DNA from: Clostridium sp. SCN 57-10
GTDB taxonomy: Bacteria > Bacillota > Clostridia > Oscillospirales > Butyricicoccaceae
Reading direction: 5' to 3'
DNA length: 31,143 nucleotides
Assembly (NCBI GenBank): GCA_001725215.1
Contig: MEFT01000007.1
Location: forward strand, 1 to 31,143
Shown: positions 23,633 through 31,143 of the stretch, piece after piece
Numbering within the stretch: position 1 is the stretch's first letter
Layout: each line of letters opens with the position of its first letter
Notes under the pieces: model-generated
Databases searched by the model: none
Told to the model about the DNA's origin: nothing
What the model saw: the letters and a program-made list of their open reading frames with translations, nothing else
Program-made: the position numbers and the translations under genes

Positions 23633-26600
23633 TTACTGGCCGGCAACCGCATGGTCGGCCGCGCACAGGCTGTATTGGTTTTTACCGGCGCATTTTGCGC
23701 GATAGAGCGCGTGATCGGCGTTATGGTAAAGCTGGCGAAAGGTCAGACCGTGAAAGGGGGCGAGTGCGACGCCGACTGAGCAGGTAAGCGAAAAATCCCC
23801 GCCGTTTGCGGTATAGTCGGAAAACGCGGTGCAGATTTCGCTTGCGCGCTTCTGCGCGATCGAGCAGTCACAGCAACCGGGCAGAAAGACGGCGAATTCG
23901 TCGCCGCCAAAGCGGGCAATGATGTCATTCTTGCGCAGCATAGACAGCAGGATGCGTCCCGCCTGAGCCAATACCTCGTCGCCGAACAGATGGCCAAAGG
24001 TATCGTTGGCGCTTTTAAAATCATCCAGATCAAGCAGCAGGAAAGCAGAAACGCTGTGCGGGTCTTCGGCAAGGCGGGCTGAAACCTGCATTTCAAACCC
24101 GCGGCGGTTATATAGGCCGGTAAGCTGGTCGCGCTGGGAGGCGGCGGCATAATGCTGCTCGATCCGCTTTTGCTCGGTGATGTCGGTCAGCACACATTGA
24201 AACACGGGCTCCCCGGTTTCCAAATGCGCAAGCTGTGAGACGTTATGAACCCAGACGGTGCTTCCATTTGTGGAAAGCATGGGGTAATCGAATATGACGG
24301 TGGTGCCCGTGGGACCGGTGAGCAGCTTTTGCAGCTCGAGGGTGAGCATCTCGAAATGCTCAGGGTGCAGATAACGATCATAAAAACGCGCTTCGGCGTT
24401 AAACTCATCCTGCGAAAAACCAAACATACGCATGGCAGCGACGTTGGCAGTGAGAATTCTCATGCCGGATGAATCAACGGCGCACTGCACGATGCCGCAC
24501 GGCACGTTGCGCAGCAGCTGTTCAAAATAACTCCGCTGTGATTCAATACGCGCGACGGCGGCAAGCTCGGCGGATTTATGGCGCGTAATATCGTTGAGCG
24601 CGCCGCACAGGAGGTGGCGTCCCCCCGCGCTGCGCAAGTGCTTGAGGCGGACATTGAACCAGCGGACTTCTCCGTTTGCAAGGCGGCGCCGATAATCGCA
24701 TACGGAAACGCCGCCCGTCTCTACCGCTGTGCGGAAGCACTGCAAAACAGCGGCGCGATCTTCTTCAAGCACAATGTCGATGCAGTTGTTTAAAAAAGGT
24801 GCGGGATCGCTTGTGCCCACCAGCTCCCAAAAACCGGGATTGACGCGCAGCAGCTCGATGTCATCGCCATAAAACTCATACATGGATACCGCGCTGACAA
24901 TGCCGCCAGAAAGCAGGCGCAAAAGTGCGTCGGGCGTCCACAAATCGTCAACGTCAAGCAAAGCAGGCTCCGGAGCCGGAACGGCGGGAAGCCGCCCGAA
25001 AGAGCGCACGTGCTCGACGTAGTCCTTCATGGGCATGGGATGTGCGAAATAGTAGCCCTGCGCATAGTCACATCCTACGCTGCGCAGCAGTTCGGCCTGC
25101 TCGGCGGAGTTCACACCTTCGGCAATGGTTGGAATTCCAAGGCGCTTTGCCATGCGCACCACGGAAGAAAGAATGTTGCCGCCGCGGCCTTCTTCACACG
25201 AAGGGGATAGGAAGCGCATGTCGAGCTTGAGTGCGTCAACCTTGACGTCCTTTAATACGGTGAGCGACGAGTAGCCGCTTCCGAAATCGTCCATGATGAT
25301 GGTAAAGCCCGCGTTCCGCAGGCTGTTCAGCGTATCGCGCAGCACAGCAGGATTCTCCGTATACGCCGTCTCGGTCAGCTCAAGCTGCAGCAGCGAGCGA
25401 GGCAGCTGATAGCTGTCAACCAGCGCCGTCAGCTGCGTGCAAAACTGTGTGTTGTACAGATTGACGCGCGAGACGTTGACCGAAATGGGGCGGACCGCGT
25501 CACCCGCGTCGAGCCGGGCGCGCAGAAACGCGCATACCTGCCGCCAGACGTAATGGTCAAGCTGCAGAATAAAGCCGTTGCGCTCAAAAATGGGGATAAA
25601 TTCGTCTGGCGAAACGAGACCGTGCTTGGGGTGCTGCCAACGCACAAGAGCCTCTCCGCCGTCGGGCATTCCGGTGCCGAGGTGATACTTGGGCTGCAGA
25701 TAGATGATAAATTGTCCGTCGGCAAGCGCGGGGTTCATCTCGTTGGTCACCGTCTGCTCGTGAATGAGCGCGGCGCTCATTGTTTCGTCATAATAACGCA
25801 TGACGTCAATATAATGTCCTTTGGCGTGCTTCGCGGCAAGGGCGGCACGGTTGTACATCTGCTCGACGGGCATGCCGTTGTCTTCAATAATGTAAAGGCC
25901 GAGGGAGGGCACAATGTCATAGTGCCGGTTGTATGCGGCGAGTGACGCGCGAATACGGATGAAAAAATGTTCGACAGCGGATCGGTCAAACGGCAGGCAA
26001 AGGCAGAATATATCGGCCTCGATGCGGCCGATGGTGCACGGCGGGAAATGAGTCTGCGCGCGGCGCAGATCGTCTGCGATAAAGCGCAGCAAACGGTTAC
26101 CCTCCGCTTCGCCGAAAAAGGAATTGACCAACTGAAAACGATCAATGTCAAAGCGAACGAACACATAGGGCGCGCTTCCCTGTGCGTCAAGCATTGCGCG
26201 CGTGTCACTGAAAAAACGTCCTTTGGAGGGAAGGCCGGTCAGCTCGTCATACTGTGTCGCTTCTAGCTGGGCGTTGCGTAAAAGCACCTCGCGCAGACGC
26301 ACGCCGGCGACGGCGCAATCGACGCGTGCTCGCGCCAGCTCGGGATCAAACGGCTTGGCTAGGATGTCATCCGCACCGGCGCGCAGCGCGGCGGCTTCAT
26401 GCTCTCGCAGGCGGGTGGTCATAAGCACCGCCGTTTGCGCCAGCGTACCCCGCTCGCGCAGCGTTTGCAAAACGTCAAATCCGCTTTGCTCGGGCAATTC
26501 CGCATCGAGCACAACAGCGCAAAACCGCTGCCCGTTTTCCAAATATGCAAGCGCCTCACTTGCGCACGAAGCCTCTATGATCGGGTAACTGTCGTGAAAT

Positions 26601-26668
26601 AGACCGCGCAGTGCTGCGCGGCTTGCCTCGTCACCGTCGGCAATCAAAAGAACGCCGGGCTCGGGCAT
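23633..26668 (-). CDS. REC-GGDEF(degenerate)-EAL-PAS-PAS-GGDEF c-di-GMP signalling protein
   Basis: Receiver domain (VVLDAELPEQSGFDVL...AGADDILAKP), degenerate GGDEF (RIEADIF), EAL (GEALVRW, DDFGSGYSSL, IAEGV), two PAS-like segments, and a C-terminal RFGGDEF with an RKND I-site. RBS GGAGGTGG. Confidence 0.9.
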   Translation of the reverse strand: MPEPGVLLIADGDEASRAALRGLFHDSYPIIEASCASEALAYLENGQRFCAVVLDAELPEQSGFDVLQTLRERGTLAQTAVLMTTRLREHEAAALRAGADDILAKPFDPELARARVDCAVAGVRLREVLLRNAQLEATQYDELTGLPSKGRFFSDTRAMLDAQGSAPYVFVRFDIDRFQLVNSFFGEAEGNRLLRFIADDLRRAQTHFPPCTIGRIEADIFCLCLPFDRSAVEHFFIRIRASLAAYNRHYDIVPSLGLYIIEDNGMPVEQMYNRAALAAKHAKGHYIDVMRYYDETMSAALIHEQTVTNEMNPALADGQFIIYLQPKYHLGTGMPDGGEALVRWQHPKHGLVSPDEFIPIFERNGFILQLDHYVWRQVCAFLRARLDAGDAVRPISVNVSRVNLYNTQFCTQLTALVDSYQLPRSLLQLELTETAYTENPAVLRDTLNSLRNAGFTIIMDDFGSGYSSLTVLKDVKVDALKLDMRFLSPSCEEGRGGNILSSVVRMAKRLGIPTIAEGVNSAEQAELLRSVGCDYAQGYYFAHPMPMKDYVEHVRSFGRLPAVPAPEPALLDVDDLWTPDALLRLLSGGIVSAVSMYEFYGDDIELLRVNPGFWELVGTSDPAPFLNNCIDIVLEEDRAAVLQCFRTAVETGGVSVCDYRRRLANGEVRWFNVRLKHLRSAGGRHLLCGALNDITRHKSAELAAVARIESQRSYFEQLLRNVPCGIVQCAVDSSGMRILTANVAAMRMFGFSQDEFNAEARFYDRYLHPEHFEMLTLELQKLLTGPTGTTVIFDYPMLSTNGSTVWVHNVSQLAHLETGEPVFQCVLTDITEQKRIEQHYAAASQRDQLTGLYNRRGFEMQVSARLAEDPHSVSAFLLLDLDDFKSANDTFGHLFGDEVLAQAGRILLSMLRKNDIIARFGGDEFAVFLPGCCDCSIAQKRASEICTAFSDYTANGGDFSLTCSVGVALAPFHGLTFRQLYHNADHALYRAKCAGKNQYSLCAADHAVAGQ

Positions 26669-26743
26669 AAAACCACCTCCGAAATGGCTCTCCGCGCTTG
26701 GCGCGGGTTCTTCGCGGCCGACAGCCGCAGAAGCATTAACGCG

Positions 26744-26766
26744 AAAAACCGCTCCGTTTGGAGCGG
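26744..26766 (-). terminator. Intrinsic terminator after the LCP gene
   Basis: CCGCTCC-aaac-GGAGCGG-TTTTT on the minus strand. Confidence 0.7.
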
Positions 26767-26781
26767 CCAGACGCGTATATG

Positions 26782-27843
26782 TCAGTTTTCAAGATGAATA
26801 ATGTGAATATCACTTTCGGTGATGTCAGTCGTGTAGGGGTTAATCACCTGGTTGATCAACTCCAACATTTCCGTCGCGCCGAGGTATACATAGCTTTGTC
26901 CGTTATAGTATCCCGTCGTCGTTCCCGGCATAGCGTGGAACTGCACATCCTTATCCATATCGAGAGAAGAGATCACATTAAGATAAAACCAGATCATGTC
27001 TTTGACTGGCATGTTCGTCTTCAAAGACTTGTTGACGATAGGAATCATATCCTTGATTTGCGCAACGGAGAATTCGCGCACAACCTTTTTCGCAATGGTG
27101 ACGAGGAAATTGCGCTGAAGCTCCATGCGGCCGAAGTCAGACTGGGAGGTGCCGCGATAACGCACCATCTGCAGAGCCTTTTTACCGTTGAGCGTCTGCA
27201 ATCCCTTTTTTAGATTAATCGAATACTTCGCGTCCTTGTCGAGGTGAACCATGTTATACGGCACGTCGAATTCTACGCCGCCAAACAGATCGACGATGTC
27301 AATAAAATTCTCAACGTTGACCACAGCGTAAAAATCAGGGTAAATGCCTGTGACCTCGCCGACCTCGCGGCACAGCTCGTCCACGCCGGCGCGGCCGTAT
27401 GCACTATTGATTTTTTTGATTTTTGCGGGTACATCGACCATCGTGTCGCGGGGAATGGAGAGCACGTTGACCGTGTCTTTCTCTGAGTCGATCGTACCAA
27501 GCATGATGGTATCCGTGTTATAGTCGTCCATTGTGCCGACAAGCAGGAAGGTGTATACTTTGTCGCGCCGCACAAAACTCGCACCGGCGGGGGAGGACAC
27601 GTTGGGGTCTGCGACCGACGTGGTGCCGACCGTGCTGACATTCGTCGGCTTAACGGGCGGCGGCGGTATCGTGGGCGGAGTGGATATATAGATGACAAGC
27701 CCGACAAGGAGAGCGAGCAGGCCGAGCAGCACAAAAGGAAGCACACGTCGTCCGGCGCGCTTCTTCGGCTTGGGCTGCTTTGACGAGGCGGAGGCCACTC
27801 TGCGTCCGCGAGAGGGCTGCGAATCATGATTTTTGCTTCTCAT
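26782..27843 (-). CDS. LytR-CpsA-Psr (LCP) family cell-wall glycopolymer transferase
   Basis: Basic N-tail, one TM helix, Pro-rich linker, then TDTIML, LSIPRDT, KINSAY, ALQMVRYR and DFGRMELQR. Confidence 0.92.
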   Translation of the reverse strand: MRSKNHDSQPSRGRRVASASSKQPKPKKRAGRRVLPFVLLGLLALLVGLVIYISTPPTIPPPPVKPTNVSTVGTTSVADPNVSSPAGASFVRRDKVYTFLLVGTMDDYNTDTIMLGTIDSEKDTVNVLSIPRDTMVDVPAKIKKINSAYGRAGVDELCREVGEVTGIYPDFYAVVNVENFIDIVDLFGGVEFDVPYNMVHLDKDAKYSINLKKGLQTLNGKKALQMVRYRGTSQSDFGRMELQRNFLVTIAKKVVREFSVAQIKDMIPIVNKSLKTNMPVKDMIWFYLNVISSLDMDKDVQFHAMPGTTTGYYNGQSYVYLGATEMLELINQVINPYTTDITESDIHIIHLEN

Positions 27844-27987
27844 GTCAATTCACCTTTGCTCAAACAAAATCGAAAAAATACCAATGCAAAATCAAGTATA
27901 GCATATTATGCCGCAGATATCCAGACAAAATATTCAGTTTACAATTTATTTGCGAATGATAAACCGAGAGGATTTACGCCGTGGTTC

Positions 27988-28016
27988 TTGCTAAATAAAG
28001 CCTTTTGGTATATAAT
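27988..28016 (+). promoter_or_regulatory. SigA-type promoter for gltX-glnS
   Basis: TTGCTA-N17-TATAAT. Confidence 0.65.
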
Positions 28017-28052
28017 GATGAAATCTATATGGAATACCGGAGTGAGAGTGGA

Positions 28053-29699
28053 ATGAATGACAATCTGCGGCTGGCTGCGCTGTTGTTTCCCGACTGCGAA
28101 AAAACGGCGGAGCAGTATTTAACAGAGGTATACCCGCCCCGTGCGCTGCCCGAAGGCGCAATGGTGACGCGCTTTGCGCCTAGCCCGACGGGGTTTTTGC
28201 ATATCGGCGGCGTGTTCACGTCGCTGGTCGACGAGCGCTGCGCGCATCAAAGCGGCGGCGTATGTTATCTGCGCATTGAGGATACCGATAAAAAACGCGA
28301 GCAGGAAGACGGCGTGACCGGCATCGTGCAGGGGCTTGCCGATTTCGGCATCGCGTTTGACGAGGGCGCGACCGGGCCGGACAGCGAGAAGGGTGCTTAC
28401 GGCCCCTATACGCAGAGCAGGCGCGTTGCGATTTATCATGCCTTCTGCCGTGATCTCGTGGAAAAAGGATTTGCCTATCCGTGCTTCTGCACCGAGCAGG
28501 AGCTTTCGGACATTCGCGCCGCGCAGGAAACGCAAAAGGTGCTGCCCGGCTATCACGGAGAATACGCGCGCTGCCGCGTGCTGACGCTTGAGCAGGTCGA
28601 GCAGAACATCAAGGCGGGGCTGCCGTATGTCGTGCGTCTGCGCTCGCCCGGCAAGCCGGGTGCCCGGGTGAAGTTCAAAGACGTGATCCGCGGCGACATC
28701 GAGATGGACGACAACATTACCGATATCGTGCTGCTCAAGCAGGACGGCGTGCCGACCTACCACTTCGCCCATGCCGTCGACGATACGCTGATGCGCACGA
28801 CCCATGTCATCCGCGGCGAGGAGTGGGTGCCGTCGACCAACATTCATTTGCAGCTCTTTTATGTGATGGGGCTGAAAGCGCCCAAGTTTGTGCATGTGTC
28901 GCCCGTCATGAAGGAAGAAGGCGGCAGCAAGCGCAAGCTGAGCAAGCGCAAGGATCCGGAGGCTTCGGTCAGCTACTTCGTCGAGGAGGGCTACCCGAAA
29001 GAGGCGGTGGTCGAGTATCTGCTGACGCTGCTCAATTCAAACTTTGAAGACTGGAGAAAGCAGAATAAAACGGCAAGCTGCTTTGATTTCCCGTTTTCGC
29101 TGAAGAAAATGAGCCAGTCGGGCTGCCTGTTTGACCTCGTCAAGCTGCAAAGCGTGTCGGCCTCCGTCATTTCACTGATGACGGCCGAGCAGGTGCGCAG
29201 CGGCGCAACCGCGTGGGCAGAACGCTTTGATCCCGAACTGCACACGGCGCTTGCGCGCGACGAAGACTACGCGCGCGGCATTTTTGCGATAGACCGCGGC
29301 GGCAGCAAGCCGCGTAAGGACATCACCAAGTGGAGCGACGTGCGTGGCTATGTATCCTATTTTTATGACGATTTGAGCGAGCGACAGCGTGCCTGGCCAG
29401 ACAACGTGTCCGCCGAAGACCGCCGCGCGATTTTGTCGGCCTATCTCGGCGTGATGAACACGGCGGACGATAAGGACACCTGGTTTGCCAAAATCCGCGA
29501 CCTGTGCGCGCCCCTCGGCTTTTCGCCCGACGTCAAGGTGTATAAGGCGGAGCCGGAAGCGTTTAAGGGGCACGTCGGCGATGTAAGTGCCGTTATCCGC
29601 TCCGCGCTGACCGGCCGGCTCAACACGCCCGACCTGCACAGCATCATGGCGCTGCTCGGGCAGGAGCGCTGCACGCAGCGCCTGCGCGAGTGCCTCTAA
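28053..29699 (+). CDS. gltX: Glutamate--tRNA ligase (long clostridial form)
   Basis: TRFAPSPTGFLHIGG, RIEDTD, DGVPTYHFAHAVDD, RGEEW, KLSKRK. Start inferred at ATG 28053. Confidence 0.92.
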   Translation: MNDNLRLAALLFPDCEKTAEQYLTEVYPPRALPEGAMVTRFAPSPTGFLHIGGVFTSLVDERCAHQSGGVCYLRIEDTDKKREQEDGVTGIVQGLADFGIAFDEGATGPDSEKGAYGPYTQSRRVAIYHAFCRDLVEKGFAYPCFCTEQELSDIRAAQETQKVLPGYHGEYARCRVLTLEQVEQNIKAGLPYVVRLRSPGKPGARVKFKDVIRGDIEMDDNITDIVLLKQDGVPTYHFAHAVDDTLMRTTHVIRGEEWVPSTNIHLQLFYVMGLKAPKFVHVSPVMKEEGGSKRKLSKRKDPEASVSYFVEEGYPKEAVVEYLLTLLNSNFEDWRKQNKTASCFDFPFSLKKMSQSGCLFDLVKLQSVSASVISLMTAEQVRSGATAWAERFDPELHTALARDEDYARGIFAIDRGGSKPRKDITKWSDVRGYVSYFYDDLSERQRAWPDNVSAEDRRAILSAYLGVMNTADDKDTWFAKIRDLCAPLGFSPDVKVYKAEPEAFKGHVGDVSAVIRSALTGRLNTPDLHSIMALLGQERCTQRLRECL

Positions 29700-29725
29700 A
29701 AATCAGGAATAGGATGGGAAAATAG

Positions 29726-31032
29726 ATGGACAGTAACAATGAAGTAAAAGCAATCGCGGGTAACTTTATCCACGATTTCATCGAAGAAGACCTTGAAAAG
29801 GGCGTTTACGACCATGTGCAGACCCGCTTTCCGCCCGAGCCCAACGGCTATCTGCACATCGGCCACTGCAAAGCGCTGTGGATCGATTTTTCGACCGCTG
29901 AAAAATACGGCGGAAAGTGCAACCTGCGCATGGACGACACAAACCCCGCCAAGGAAGACGTGGAGTTTGTAGAGGCCATCAAGCGCGATATTCACTGGCT
30001 CGGCTTTGAGTGGGATCAGTTCTGCTACGGCTCGGATTATTTCGACAAGACCTATGAATACGCCGTCGAGCTGATCCGTAAGGGGCTTGCCTATGTCTGC
30101 GAGCTTTCACCCGAGGAGGTCAAGGCGAACCGCGGCGATCTGACGACGCCGGCGACCTCGCCCTATCGCGACCGCCCGATCGAGGAAAGCCTTGACCTGT
30201 TTGAGCGTATGCGCCGCGGCGAGTTCCCCGAGGGCGCGATGACGCTGCGCGCCCGCATCGACCTTGCGAGCGGAAACTTTAACCTGCGCGACCCGGCGCT
30301 CTACCGCATCAAATACGCGCATCATCACCGCACGGGCGACAAATGGTGCATTTATCCGATGTACGATTTCGCGCATCCGATTCAGGACGCTATCGAGGGC
30401 ATCACCCACTCGCTCTGCTCGCTTGAGTTTGAGGCGCACCGCCCGCTCTACGACTGGGTGATTCAGAATGTCTCGGTGCCGCATCATCCCCGTCAGATTG
30501 AGTTTGCGCGTCTCGGCATCAACTATACCGTCATGAGCAAGCGCAAGCTGCGCCGCCTCGTTGAGGAAGGTCTCGTCAGCGGATGGGACGATCCGCGTAT
30601 GCCGACGCTGTGCGGGAACGAAACGGCGTCTCGAAGGTGAACAGCACGGTGGAATACGGCTTTTTGGAGCACTGCCTGCGCGAGGATCTGAACCTGACGG
30701 CACGCCGCGTCATGGGCGTGCTTGACCCCGTCAAGCTTGTGCTGAGCAACTATCCCGAGGGGAAAAGCGAGCGCTTTACGGTGGAAAACAACCCCGAAAA
30801 CGAGGCCGACGGAACGCGCGAGGTCACGTTCTCGCGTGAGCTGTGGATCGAGGCCGACGACTTTATGGAAGTGCCCGTGCCCAAGTATAACCGCTTGACC
30901 ATCGGCGGCGAGGTGCGCCTTAAGGGCGCGTATGTCGTCAAATGCACCGGCGTGCGCAAGGACGAAGCGGGCAAAGTAATTGAAATCTACGCCGACTGCG
31001 ACATGGAAACGCGCGGCGGCAACACGCCGGAT
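29726..31032 (+). pseudogene. glnS: Glutamine--tRNA ligase, frameshifted at about 30615 and truncated at about 31032
   Basis: Frame 2: [14 protein letters not shown]...MSKRKL...[11 protein letters not shown]. Frame 1 from 30616: [26 protein letters not shown]...EVRLKGAYVVKC...ETRGGNTPD. The expected continuation (GRKVKGTIHWV) is absent. Confidence 0.9.
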
Positions 31033-31143
31033 TCCGGCCTGGACTGCAGCGGCTTCGTGCGTTACGTCTTCCAGGACTCCCTGGGCCTCAACCTACCCCG
31101 CACCGCCAAGGAAATGAGCCAAGTGGGCGAGCAGGTCGCCAGC
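31015..31143 (+). other. NlpC/P60 (C40 peptidase) coding fragment joined in frame to glnS
   Basis: GGNTPDSGLDCSGFVRYVFQDSLGLNLPRTAKEMSQVGEQVAS carries the NlpC/P60 catalytic DCSG motif and LPRTA. It runs off the window end. Confidence 0.85.

Noticed and set aside
27850-28052. T-box leader upstream of gltX
   Set aside because: No T-box consensus (GGTGGNACCGCG) or leader terminator is present, and the predicted promoter is only about 35 nt from the start codon.

Overview
GC-rich (roughly 60% by eye) chromosomal window from a Clostridia-type, probably Oscillospirales-like, firmicute; the assignment rests on SLH-anchored proteins, sigH next to a zinc-ribbon gene, and a gltX-glnS pair. I see no rRNA, tRNA, CRISPR array or transposase. 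About 22 genes are present: transport/envelope genes, two SLH hydrolases, sigH, an Lrp regulator, a dGTPase-like gene, a dense cluster of five peptidases/amidohydrolases plus a tartrate/D-malate dehydrogenase, an Lsa-like ABC-F gene with a complete uORF/terminator attenuator, a large c-di-GMP enzyme, an LCP protein, gltX and glnS. Five reading-frame lesions stand out: an in-frame TAG in a PfoR-like permease; frameshifts in the SLH-GH18 gene, the M28 lipoprotein gene and glnS (two of these with conserved sequence missing); and an in-frame switch from GlnRS to an NlpC/P60 sequence at a shared GGNTPD motif in the last ~130 bp. That switch is most likely an assembly chimera. I cannot claim a clearly new system. 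The best biological leads are the ABC-F attenuator with its short linker loop, the peptidase/D-aminoacylase/dehydrogenase cluster, and a six-hairpin intergenic element.
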